From a virus (lineage: Duplodnaviria > Caudoviricetes): a stretch of DNA of 57,642 nt. The translations under genes and the position numbers were made by a program. Shown here piece after piece: positions 16,200 through 28,400 of this stretch. The notes beneath the pieces were generated by a model that was given only the letters and a program-made list of their open reading frames with translations, was not told the DNA's origin and did no database searches. The DNA lies in IMG/VR virus record IMGVR_UViG_3300032093_000156, positions 1-57,642 of that record; one strand, given 5' to 3'. Numbering within the stretch: the first letter of the stretch is position 1; each line of letters starts with the position of its first letter.

Positions 16200-16283
16200 A
16201 CGTATGGAACGTAACCTGCCGTGCATTGGCTGCGGCTCTCATCGTAGGGAGATAGGTTAGCCTTCCGAGAAAAAAGGCTTTTT
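16194..16283 (+). ncRNA. Structured intergenic RNA candidate ending in a terminator-like hairpin
   Basis: Hairpin CCATA-GACG-TATGG, three-way junction TAACCT/GCCG..CGGC/TCTC..GAGA/AGGTTA, then AGCCTT..AAGGCT plus T-run. Confidence 0.45.
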
Positions 16284-16339
16284 AATTCAACATAAGTGGT
16301 AAAAATTGCCACATAACCTATAAAGAAATGTAAACAACA

Positions 16340-16705
16340 ATGAACAAATTTGAAATCGATTTTTTCGAACTAGCCTTCTTAGCAGAAGCCTGTATACCGC
16401 CAAAACCTATTGCTAGAACTATGTTTTGGCAACATTTAACTGATGTGTATTGGGAGCAGATGACTGATAACCAAAGAGACCATTTGTTTCATTGGTTAAA
16501 TATGAACGAAAATTACAAGCAAGGTCTTGAAATGAATGAGGATATCAAAGTTTTCCACGCAAGGTTTAATCCTGACACTCAGTACTTAGTTTATACATTA
16601 AGGAACGAGGAACCAACAAGAACTTACTTGCTTAGAGATAATTACTATACCAAGCGAAACACTTGGATGAGCCCTGAGTTTATCACTAAAGTTGAGAAGA
16701 TATGA
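16340..16705 (+). CDS. Hypothetical protein
   Basis: 121 aa, IDFFELAFLAEACIPPKPIAR motif. Confidence 0.75.
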   Translation: MNKFEIDFFELAFLAEACIPPKPIARTMFWQHLTDVYWEQMTDNQRDHLFHWLNMNENYKQGLEMNEDIKVFHARFNPDTQYLVYTLRNEEPTRTYLLRDNYYTKRNTWMSPEFITKVEKI

Positions 16706-17091
16706 GACAACTAGTTTACAACGCAGTAACCTGCACAGAATGTAAGGAGCTATTGGTCAGCTACACTGTGCACGACTACAAAACATGTAGCTGTCCTAAC
16801 GAGGCAATGGTGGATGGTGGTCTTAGCTACGAGAGATACGGAGCAAAGGACCTTGACAAGTTGATTATCCACAACTACTACACTGACGACCCATTTGACG
16901 TAGTTCGATGCTATGCCACACGAGGTAGCCGAGGTAAAGATGGTAAGCAACCACTCACTTGGATACCACTAAAGGATATGGACGACGACTACTTGCAGTC
17001 AGTCCTTGAGTATGGTGGTGCAAAGTGGCACCTTGATTTGATTAGAAAAGAGATTAAATACAGAGAGAATGAACGAAGTAGTAAAGTTTAA
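16702..17091 (+). CDS. Zn-finger-like phage protein
   Basis: CTEC..HDYKTCSC..VDGG. Confidence 0.75.
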   Translation: MRQLVYNAVTCTECKELLVSYTVHDYKTCSCPNEAMVDGGLSYERYGAKDLDKLIIHNYYTDDPFDVVRCYATRGSRGKDGKQPLTWIPLKDMDDDYLQSVLEYGGAKWHLDLIRKEIKYRENERSSKV

Positions 17092-17431
17092 AGAAAGGCT
17101 TGAAAAGATTGGCTACGACATCAAGCTTGCCGGTAACGTACCTTGGATATATCTCCACTCAGTTAATGGCAATATAGTAAATAGTGTGGACTGGACAAAC
17201 GCTGACCACGGGTACACTATTGCTTGGTATCCTATTAAAAATGGCGAGGAGATTAAACTGAACTGGGTAGACATTAAGACAACATTTATGCTAATCAGGA
17301 AGTATGGTAAGCCTATACACAAGTACAATAATGGTATAGGTGCTACGCTATGTCATGACTGCGGAGTGATTATATCTGAAGGTCTAACTAAAGACATGAA
17401 GTGCGAAAAATGTTTAATATTTTATCCATAA
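17069..17431 (+). CDS. Hypothetical protein with C-terminal CxxC..CxxC
   Basis: GNVPWIYL N-terminal module; LCHDC..CEKC C-terminal module. Confidence 0.7.
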   Translation: MNEVVKFKERLEKIGYDIKLAGNVPWIYLHSVNGNIVNSVDWTNADHGYTIAWYPIKNGEEIKLNWVDIKTTFMLIRKYGKPIHKYNNGIGATLCHDCGVIISEGLTKDMKCEKCLIFYP

Positions 17432-17476
17432 TCGGGTGAAAACCGATTAAGTATGGTGAAAAACACTTAATTTAAT

Positions 17477-17686
17477 ATGAATCAGGAGAAATTTGAAAAG
17501 TTATACGAACCAAAGCAAAAGAAGATATTACTTCTAATACCTTTCTTACAGGAAAGACCAAGACCTCTAATGTCAATAGCTAACTTGTTAAGCGTGCACC
17601 CCAAGTGGGCATCATCTTACATTCGAGACTTGCGTAAATTAGAAGTAGACGTTAAAAAAAATGAATACAAAAAATACTACATATGA
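17477..17686 (+). CDS. Small winged-HTH protein
   Basis: SIANLLSVHPKWASSYIRDLRKL..KYYI. Confidence 0.6.
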   Translation: MNQEKFEKLYEPKQKKILLLIPFLQERPRPLMSIANLLSVHPKWASSYIRDLRKLEVDVKKNEYKKYYI

Positions 17687-17916
17687 AAGCAACACTACAC
17701 TTCGAACACGAGGAGCAAGATGAACTACAAGATGCACTTAATGGTCTTAAATGGAGGCTTATTGTTTGGGATCTTGACCAAGAACTCAGAGGAATAATTA
17801 AGCACGGATACATCGGTAACCGAGAGGCTACTAGCGCAGAGATTGAAATGGCTGACTACTGCCGAACAAAACTTAGACAATTAATTAGTGATGATGGATT
17901 AAATTTAGACGTATGA
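17683..17916 (+). CDS. Conserved small phage protein
   Basis: MKATLHF..ALNG.KW..WDLDQELR..KHG pattern. Confidence 0.75.
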   Translation: MKATLHFEHEEQDELQDALNGLKWRLIVWDLDQELRGIIKHGYIGNREATSAEIEMADYCRTKLRQLISDDGLNLDV

Positions 17917-18155
17917 AGCCAGGGGTATATGCAGCCAATATAACGGTTAGAGCTATGCCGTTAAAGCATGGAACTAGGCTGTACCCTATTAACAGGGTAT
18001 TAGAGAAATGGCCGGTTAGTATTAATGAAAACGGTTCCGTTATTGACGAATACTTTATAGCAAAAGTGATTAAAAAAGAAAACATTAATAAATATCGAAT
18101 AACCTACCAAGTAGATCCAATAGTTTTTTTATCAACATTTAATTACGTTGTTTAA
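17913..18155 (+). CDS. Hypothetical protein
   Basis: 80 aa with ATGA coupling. Confidence 0.6.
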   Translation: MKPGVYAANITVRAMPLKHGTRLYPINRVLEKWPVSINENGSVIDEYFIAKVIKKENINKYRITYQVDPIVFLSTFNYVV

Positions 18156-18179
18156 TTTTTTTGTACATTAGCTTGCGTA

Positions 18180-18395
18180 ATGCAGAATGTCAATTACGTT
18201 AACTCAATAATGCTCGAAATAAACGAGCTAACTGACAGCATCTATGAGCATCTCATGGACGAAGATTACGACTCTCTGATTCCCACTATTCAAAATCTAA
18301 TCACGGTCCTAAGGGATCTACATAAAACCCATTACGATGAAACAGTATATGGACAGAATCCTGGAGCTTCTAGCATCGGGAATGACAAAGGCTGA
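18180..18395 (+). CDS. Hypothetical protein
   Basis: 71 aa, INELTDSIYEHLMDEDY. Confidence 0.6.
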   Translation: MQNVNYVNSIMLEINELTDSIYEHLMDEDYDSLIPTIQNLITVLRDLHKTHYDETVYGQNPGASSIGNDKG

Positions 18396-19497
18396 TATTG
18401 CCAGACAAATAATCTCTGAGAACAAACTTAATACGAGAGAAGAGACAATGAGAATATATGTCTCTCGCGCTGTTACTAAGCATAATAATAGAGGTGTTAA
18501 GGATGCGTGTAATGACTTAGAAGTAGCTCCTTCAAACGTCCCGTACCTTTGGCTTAAGACTAAGCAGGCCTCTTTATTTATCAAGAATCCAGCATATCGC
18601 GTTGATGAAATAGACTACGAGTCAATTATATCAAAATGTATTGAAGGTAAGTCGCCAGTGCCTAAGTCAGATTGGAAGCCAGGGCATACAGTTGATCGTT
18701 TGGTATGGACCGATGTTCACGTAGGTATGGATGCTAGCCGAAAGGGATTGGCTTTGTATGCTACTGATTGGAATGGAGATCTACTTAATAAAAGAGTCGA
18801 GGAAATGGCTGAGTTTGTTTTAGCAAATAAATCATCAGATAGTCTTGTTATAGATGATCTGGGAGACTTTATGGATGGATGGGATGGTGAGACTACGCGT
18901 AAAGGGCATAAGCTCCCACAGAACATGACAAACGAAGAGGCGTTTGAGGCAGGTCTAAAAGCTAAAGTACTGTTAATTGACTATCTAGCCCCTCAGTATA
19001 AGAACATTCTTTGTAACAACATATGTGAAGACAATCACTCAGGTGCTTTTGGATACATTGTTAATTCAGCATTTAAGCATGTCGTTGATCGTAAGTACAG
19101 CAACGTCAATGTTATCAACCACAAGAAGTTTATAAACCACTACATAATTGGAAAACATGGATTTATCATTAGCCATGGCAAAGACTCTCGCAACCTTAAG
19201 TTTGGATTCAAGGTCCAGCTTGATTCAAGAGGTGTTGAGAAAATATCTCAGTACATTAGACACTCGCATGAGCTAAGATCTTGTGACTACGTTGAGTTCA
19301 GCAAGGGTGACTCTCACCAGATGCTATTCGACTACTGTTCTTCCGATGAGTTTGACTACTTCAACTTTCCGGCATTCTCGCCAAGTTCAGAGTGGGTTCA
19401 GACTAACTTTAAGAAAGGCCGATCCGGATTTGTATTCTTCCAGATCGACCTTGAGTCTAATCGTAAGGTTGTTATGCCTTACTTCTTTAATATTTGA
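18337..19497 (+). CDS. Calcineurin-like metallophosphoesterase with N-terminal HTH
   Basis: TDVHVG, LGDFMDG, EDNH, SHG, GDSH motifs; N-terminal GMTKADIARQ HTH. Confidence 0.8.
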   Translation: MKQYMDRILELLASGMTKADIARQIISENKLNTREETMRIYVSRAVTKHNNRGVKDACNDLEVAPSNVPYLWLKTKQASLFIKNPAYRVDEIDYESIISKCIEGKSPVPKSDWKPGHTVDRLVWTDVHVGMDASRKGLALYATDWNGDLLNKRVEEMAEFVLANKSSDSLVIDDLGDFMDGWDGETTRKGHKLPQNMTNEEAFEAGLKAKVLLIDYLAPQYKNILCNNICEDNHSGAFGYIVNSAFKHVVDRKYSNVNVINHKKFINHYIIGKHGFIISHGKDSRNLKFGFKVQLDSRGVEKISQYIRHSHELRSCDYVEFSKGDSHQMLFDYCSSDEFDYFNFPAFSPSSEWVQTNFKKGRSGFVFFQIDLESNRKVVMPYFFNI

Positions 19498-22400
19498 TCG
19501 GCTGTTTTACCGGCCTTAATTGCTAACAACATATCTTTTGTTGGTCTCGGAATGTATTCTAAGATTTTAGCATATTCTATTTTTTGATCCGCTGTCAAGC
19601 CTCCGTTCTTTTCAATGAACTTCATCTCACCTTCAATGGCTGACATTTTATTTTTCTTTTGAGCTAGCATCTCTAGCACTGGATCAAGCTTCCCATATTT
19701 ATTTTTAATCTCAGCTGACATGTCTTTGACCTTCTCTGATATCTTGTTGCTTTTCTTAAGCAATGAGAATGACTTGTTGGCTATCTGATCAACTTCACGA
19801 ACAGGAGCTACCACACCTATTGTTTTTAGTATGGCAACACCTTTTATTTTTTCCATACCCTCATCATCAAGGTATACAGTTCTATCAAAGTTATCAGTAA
19901 ATTCACCTGTGTTCATGGCTTTATAAATATCATAAGCCTCTGTCATTTTTTCCCATTGGATACCAAGTGTACCAAAGTTAGCCTCGTCAGATATATAGAA
20001 CTGCATGGCGTTTTCTTGAATATACTTTTCTCTTTTCTTTTTTTCTTGTTCTGAGTTAAGTGGATCTTGATTTTTGAGTTCTCTAATCTTATTTTCCTCG
20101 TCAATATATTTATCAACTTCTGTTTTACTTGGTTCGCCAAGACCCACAAATGACATTAAATCATTGGATAATTTAAGAACATAATTATCTGCTAATGCTA
20201 ATGGGGACATTACATCCACTACGGCTTTACTCCATGAGCTAGATAACATATTCTTTTTTAGTTTCTCAATAAGTTCATCTTGCTCTTCCTCATCATATCC
20301 TAGTAAGTTCATTGCTGCGTATAATAGCAACTTCGCCATTTGGAATCTGATGACATTATACACAGCAATCTCTGCACCAATAGATGCTAGTGACCTAGCT
20401 GTATCTAAGTTAAAGTCTCCACTAACTATTTTTGTTAAGTCTCCCCACATTCTTGTTCTTTGGTTCATACCAAAAGATGAGAATGGGAATAGCATACTTT
20501 TAATAATTTTGGCGTATGTATTTTGAGATCTATATAACTCACCTCTAACTCTAGCGTCAGTTGTATCCATCGATCTATCAACCATTGACTGAGCGTAAGC
20601 TGCTGCGTCTGCATTTGGATCAGCATTAAAGTCAATTGGACCTAATTTATTCTTTATTACATACTTCCTATAATAAGCCATCCAAGCTAGTCGTCTTGCA
20701 ACAGCATCTGGATTAGATATCATTAACTGGAAAGCCTTAGCATTAAACTTTGTAAATTTATCCAATCCTACCTCTGCTATACTCTTACCTAGTGTTGCTC
20801 TTTCTATTGACTTGTCAAGATTTGCTAATGATATTAAAATATCATTTTCACCTACATTGGCTATCGGCTGACCTGATTTATTCATGAAGTCAAAAGCGCT
20901 CTTGCTGAAGTCAGATGGTCTCATGTGCTCACCTGCATTTACAATGGTATTTGACATACCGGATGCAAACTGGTTGGCAAACTGACCGATACCAGCAAGG
21001 GCCCTTACAGCACCAAATGTGCTAATCATATTTAAGAATTTATCTACACCTTGTAATAGGTTTTTGTCGATAAGATTTTTTCCTTTTATAGTACTGATGT
21101 AGTCAGCTAGCGCACTCTTAATGATATCAAAATCTCTCTCAGATCCAATGATTTCTTCATTCTCTCTTGAGTTGTAGAATGAGTTTAATTGTCTAATAGA
21201 TTTAGCTGTGTAAGAATCGGTAAGTGCAAGTCTATAAGACCTAAACATATTATTGTCAAAGTTCAAGTCAACATACTTACCGTTTGATTTTAAGTCTTTT
21301 GGTCTTGTTATTGGCATCAACACACCAGCCTCATTTCTATTGAAGTAGTTGTTTGAGTATTGACCAATACCAAGTACATCGCTTCCAGATAAAGCATCAG
21401 AATCTTTTGACTGACCTTGTTTAATGTTAACGTATGTCTTTGGTGTATAGTTAATATCTTGGTTCAACATGATATTGTAAACACCCATCGCAGTATCACT
21501 CATCTGCTCATACTTCTCAGCAAACATATCTACAGCAAAATTTACTGCATCTATATTCATTTGCTCAGCCTTAGCAAGTACACTTTCAAGAGTAACGTTA
21601 GCATTATATAGACCAAGTTTTTTGAATACTTTGTCATACAGCCTACCCATCCTTACTTTGGTCTCATCACTGCTCTGTAAAAGCATGTTCTTAGAATCCA
21701 TAAGTATGTTGATCAGTCGATCAAACTCAGCATCCTGATCTATGTTTGGATTTGTTCTAATTAAGTCAGCGATGATACCTCTCTCGTATATGTTCTCGTT
21801 TGAGAAAAAGCCCTTCATCTTGCCAAACTTTCTAATGTATTCAGATTGCTTGAACGTAGCCTCAAAGTCAGCTTTATTGGCGCCAACAATGATGTCATTA
21901 ATTCCGCTTGCTTTTTGATATGCATTAGCTTTATCAACACTTCTAAACTTACGCTCAAGTATTCTGCTGAAACCAGCAAATAGCCCCAATCTAGTTCTAC
22001 CTAATTTCTCAGACATTGCTATGCTCATTGGGCTAGACTTAAACTTAAACTTCTTAGCGTTCATCATTCCCTCATAGGCACCCATTAGTGACTCAATTCC
22101 TGACGTAACACCATTAGCAAAGTATGTGTCAAGTGCGTCTAGAACTTTAATTGAATCAGCAATACCAAACTCCTCAGTGTCAATATTAATTGCATCGATA
22201 ATAACCTGTGGTGTGTCCTCATCTATTAGTTGGCTGTATGCCGCCAACTGCAAATCAATCTGATCAAGTATGTCAGCTGAATTATCTACATCAGGCTTCA
22301 ACGCTTCGAGCTCTGTTAGCATTGTTTCAGCAGGCAAGTTTGTAGAAGGTTTGCCGGTAATATTCTCGTATCTAGCCTGTAGGTTTTTAAATAGTCTCTG

Positions 22401-25400
22401 CGTTTGACGTTGTTGTTCAGCGTCAATGTATTCAGCGATTACCTGTAGATCAGGTTCTTGTTTTAGTGTTAACTTACCACCTCTAGTAGAGCTAGATTTA
22501 ACACCATCCATAATCATCTGTGCTACAGCAATGTGGTCTACAACATTTTCAACGTACTCAGCATCTAATGACGTGAACATCTTAGCTACTATAGCGAAAG
22601 GATTTGGCTTACCTTTTAGTTTACTGGCAATTGCCTTAGACATTCTCTTGGCCTTCTGAACGTTGTCTATGTACTCAGCATTTGCAAGCGCTCTAGATAC
22701 ATAATCAATGAACTCAGATACCTTCTGCTTGTTATCAAAATTTAGGCCCTTCAGCTTCTTCATAATGAAGTCAAACTGCTTGACTGATATGTTGCCCTTA
22801 CTTTTTAAAGAAGTGACGGTAGCGGAGATGTCAGCTAGTATTTTCTTATGTTCTCTTTTTTGTTCTCTCTGCGCTCTAGCCTCAAGTTTGATCTGATCAA
22901 GTAGAGCCTTGTACTCATCTTTCACAATCACCTGTGTCGGCTTCCCTCCTAAAATTTTTGGGGCCTTTTGGAATTTAATATTTGCGGTCTTAGGGCTAAA
23001 TGTACCAACGTTTTCAGTAGCTGACTTTACTTGGTTAGGCTTGAATGCTACAAATATATCGTCCTCTTCAGCTCCGTCTTTAAGATTATTGAATATTACA
23101 CCATCATTTCCACTATCTTTTGCTGCTTGTATCTCATATGGAAGTGATACCTCATCTCTATTTTCTACAGCAACTGTTTTTGGATTTCTTATGTTTAAGA
23201 ATAAATTCATTATTTGAGGCTTTAATCCTCGATCTTTAATGAACTCATCATTAATATACTTAATTGCTTTTTTCTCTAAATCTTCTAGTTTTTTAGCATT
23301 TCCATTATCTTTATTAATCTTATCTGCTTTTTTAGATATCTCTTCCCTCTTTTCAAAACTTATTAAAGTATTAACTGTTTCATTGGTTATTCCTTTTGGA
23401 AAGAAAATTTTTATGACATCTTCTGTTAAACCGTCGATTAACTCTTTCTTTCGTTTATCTAAGGCATCGTCAAATTCTTTTTGATAAACTTCTTTGATGG
23501 AATCCTTAACATCTTGAATTTCCTTACCGTATTTTTCATTAGCTCTCTTTAGTATTGGACTATCGCTTATATTTAATCCAATCATATCAGATGAATTCAT
23601 TCCGGTATATGCTTCAGATGTAGCTTGATTACCAGCAAAGAAGAAGCCCATATACGCTGAATCAGCAAGCCAATTTTTAGATCCTAATAGTTCTGATTTA
23701 AACTCATCAAATTCAGCATTAGTTCCATGAAATACCACTCTAGGTTCTCCATTCTCATCAACGACCTTACTAGCATTCTCAGGATCATTTTCCCAATCCC
23801 CAAACCACTTCTTGAATGCTGGAGTTCTAACTTGTTCCCATTGCTGAGCGTTTAGTTTAGATGGCTTACCGTTAGGTGCTATTAACTGTTTCTTACGTTT
23901 AATTGGTTTAGCTTCTTCTTCCTCTATATCTTCATCAGCATCCTCAACAGATTGGCCTTCTTCTTCAGCTTTAATTTCGTAATTAAATTTCTGACCAGAT
24001 TCTTTCCACTTATCATATGTATAATTTGCAGCATCTTCATAACTAATACCTTCAATTTTTGCCTGAACTCCAAGTGTCTTATAGAGATTCTTTTCAAAGT
24101 ACCAAAGTATTGCTTGAACATCAGCTATACTTAACTCATAACCATCCTTATTTAATTTATTGACAGCATCAGATATAGTGTCATACATAAATTTACGATC
24201 ACCTCCATTAAATGGAGCATCGTTAATATTTTCAAAAGCAGTTTTGTATATTGTATTTGCTGCTTTTTCTACTTCGGTTCCATTTTTATATCCTTTAGCA
24301 GCATAAGAATCACGATAAGATTTAGAAGCTAGTAAAGCCTCTTCGTTACTCATACCTGGATTCCCAAGTAAGCCCTTAAATCTATCAAGTCCAATAGCTT
24401 CACCTTTCTTAGTGAATCCACTTTTTAGTCCGGGAATTAATGTACCACGATACCTATTAAAAGTTCTAGACCACCATCTGTCAAGTGTTGGATATGCTTC
24501 ATTTCCTGATAGATTAGAGAAGAACATTCCTAATTTTGCTCCAAACACAGAAGCAGCAAACGGAGCTTTGAAACTAACAGGCCAGCTAGTTTTTAATGGA
24601 GGAAGTCCCTCTGTCTTTCTCTCTTTATTTATATCTTGAATAGACCTAACATCCATTAAGTCTTTTTTAATAGCAGCTATATCTCCGTTGTATTCAACAA
24701 GTAGTTCGTTTATTCTCTTTAAGTTAGCCTCAAAAGATGCAACTCTAAGACCGGAAAGAGTGACTGGCATTACTCCATTCTTTTTGTAATAGTCGTATGC
24801 CTCAGAAGCTAATTTGAAATTAGTCATAACTTTCTGACCATCTGAAGTTATAGCTACAAGCATTGTAAATAAATCTCTAGCATTTTGATCTGTCTTCATC
24901 TCTGGAAAGATTTTAGACATTGCATCTAGTGATTTTTGGTATAGTTCACCATACCATCCTTTACCACTCTTGTCACCCATTAGCTCTGTAAAATATTTAA
25001 CCTCATCAACCATCCAGTTTGATATTTTCTTTCTGGCTTCAGGTGAGTTATCTTTTTGAGCAATAGTTCCGTATTTAGCCCTTTGTCTAGCTTCTAATGC
25101 TTCACCAATTTTTCTAGTTACATTCTTACCCTCCTTGAGTCCAAATTTCTTCATGGACTCTTTTCCTTGCATAATTGTAACCGCTTGTCTCTTTGCCTTA
25201 CCGGTCTTACCAACAACCTGATCAGATATTTTAGATCCTGTAGATATACCAAAAGTAATGGCGTTAATAAGGTCGGCAGCTTCTTTAGTCGTTGCAGACG
25301 CCTTGAATATAACACCTAGGCCAATCTTTTTCATCAATCGGTTGATCAATGCTTTGAACTGAGTAAGCTTGCTTACAGTAAGCTCTTCTCTGTTATCAGC

Positions 25401-28400
25401 GAGGATACCACCAAGTTGAGCCATAAACTCCTCAGCCTTGAGCTCATCACCATCGTATGAATCAATGAAAGCATCAAGCTCAGCTAGTCTAGTCTTGTTT
25501 GTAATTAATGGACGAAGCCCTTTTGCTAGGTCGATAAATAGATTCTCAGAAACACCTAACGATGCAAAAGCATGGTGGACAGCCTCGTGAAGAAGCGTAA
25601 CCATATCGGCCTTTGTCATGTCAATATGAATCTCACCATCTATATAAGATCCAGCACTATTTTCTTTGGTGATTGACTGCTTGCTTTCTCCTGTTCTATC
25701 GGCTAATGTACTGGCATATTGATCTGTATTCTCATGAAGATATATCTTAACGCCTGGAAGTGCCTTCATGATGTTAAGAGCGGCCCTTACTATAGGGTTA
25801 CGCTTGAACTTAACAGACATTAATTTCGCGTTCTTCTCAGTTATAAGATTGGCTTCAGCATCTACAGTTTCCTGAACCTCACCATCTATCATTGAGAATT
25901 CTTCCGGAAGCAAACCAATCTTTTGATCAGCAAATTTTGCCTCATCATAGATCTGATTAACAAGAGCAGCAGCTTCATCAAGTTTTCCTTGCTCTCTTAA
26001 CTTTCTAGCCTCTTCTCTTAATGCTTCTACTCTTTCATTAACACCAGAGAAATTCACATATGAATTCTGCCCTCTGGTCTCAGTCGTCATGGCTCTACGC
26101 GCTAAAGGAGAGTACATTCTTGCATGTACATTCCATGCATTCTCTTCCCCTTTAGGGCCAAATGAATTACCTAGCTCGGCATGACCAAAAAAGTCATGAA
26201 CAGCTCTAAATAAATCATTTACCAACATAGGTTGGCCATTGACATCAGTAAATTCAGTTGTTGCTAATAGTGGATTTGCAGCACGTTGTTCCGGAGTAAT
26301 TGGTGTATCTCCAAAACCAGATTCCGTAGAGAATATTTTAATGCGCTTATTATTACGCAAATCCTCTATCATTTCTTCAGAGGTAGCGTAAGGCTCTTCA
26401 TTATTAATCTCTACAACATATCCGGCATCTAAGAACGCTCGGTATTGCTCAATAGTTTCTTTAGCCATAGCTTCATAAGCCCTTTTGACCTCAGGGTCAT
26501 TTGGGTTATCCTCCATAGCTTCATAAGCAGCAGCTATCCTTTTTGCTCTTTCGACATCAAGCTCTGTTGTACCTTCGAACGTTGGTCTTTGAGATCCGAA
26601 AACTCTTTGAAAGTATCGATTAGCAATTTCTGCAACTGCCTTGAGCGGCTCGTTGAAGAGTCTATTTCCAGCTTTTGGTTTTCCTTTTTCATCTTGTGCT
26701 AAATTAGTTTGTTTTTGCGTATCCTGCAAATTTTCTTTAATATATTGCTTCTCTACTTCTTGGTATACAGTCTCAAACTCAGCTTGCTCAACAACACCAA
26801 GTTTGTTCTCGCGATCACGGATAGCAAAGTCAAGGGCTTGTTCACCAGTTAGTTTAACCGTGTTTCCAAGCCTATCGGTTACTGTGACAGCTTGTAGTGC
26901 GCCATTATTGTCGAACTCAAAACCATCCTCGATGATTTCCATGGTAGGAGTGTCTATCACAATCACCTCTCCGTTTGGCATAGCTGCCTCTACGCGACCA
27001 TTGTTGTCTGATAAAGTTACTTGTTGTCCATTGACTTCGGCTTCGACGCCATTGAAGTATTTTTCGGCTCTGATTTTTTGGACCGCTTCAGAAGTTCTTC
27101 TAGTAGGGCTAGCTGCCCCTGCTTTGGTAGTTGCGACAGTTTCAGTCTTTGTTCTAAATTCATAGTTATCTAATTTATCTGCAATGTTTAATAATTTCTC
27201 AGACATGGCAGCCTTTGTCTCAGGGCTGTATTGATCCGACTTTTCTAGTTGCTCTACCTCATTAAAGATGGCTTCAATAGCAGTGTCAATGTCATTATCG
27301 TTGATGAACTCAGCGTTAGACATCTTATCCATGATTGGGTTTATAGTGGCCCCAAGACGAGCCTCTGCACCCATATCTGCAATGTATTGTGCTACTTCTT
27401 CTTTACCTTTTTTGGTAGCTTCTTTAAGTCCTGTTTCGGATTCTCCTTCCGCCATTTCTCCGCTAACTGCGGTTCCTGACTGTACAGGTACTTCACCTGT
27501 TGTTTGCTTTTGAACGGCATCTTTACTTATTTTATCTAGTTGGTTATTAATTTCAGCGACACGCTCCTTTTGAGCAGTAACTAATGCAGGGTCGCTTTTA
27601 TCTATTTCCTTCTGTAATCTATCTCTCTCAACAATAAGATTGAACGCATTCATTCTATCTCTGTCTGAAAGTTGTTCTGGCATGCTAGATATTATTCCGT
27701 CAATTTTGTTGATGGCCTCTAATTGTGCATTAGCTTCTGACTTAGTGATATTACCTTTAATCATTTGAGTCTTTAGGTTTGCAACCATCAACTTTTTGAA
27801 CTCTGTATCTGTAGCTACATTTTCTAAAAACTTTAAATCGTCTTCGCTGTATAGTGAAATATTGCCTCTAATTAATCTTTCGCCAATAACACCAACAGCC
27901 CCCATGGTCTTACCACCAACCATCTCAGCAAGACCATCTTCAAAAACCTTAAATGCTGTCTCCTTAAATCCATCTGGAGTTTCAAAGAATTCACCTTTAG
28001 TTAGATTTTTCTTCTGCTCTTCAGTTAGATCTTTAGACATCCACCAGTTAGCTACATCTTTCCATCCTTTATCAAGAACTAATGACTGAGTTGCTCCAGT
28101 TTCAAATTCAGCTAATCCTGCCTGAGTTATTTTGATAAGTCCCTTAGCTAACATGCTTTGGACTTCTTTTTCAGCTATTTTTTCAAGCGCATCTACAGTT
28201 GCATTTGCGCCTAATTTTTTAGCCGCTTTTAAAGCAACACCCATTAATACTTTACCAGCAAATGAATCACCCTTTACTAAGTTGTTTAAACCAACATTTT
28301 CAAGGACACCCATTGCTGCTGCATATGGCACAGCAATTAATGCTCTATCTAATGATGAGCTGTATTGGAAGTCAGGATCGCTAAGCATCTCTTCCTCAAT

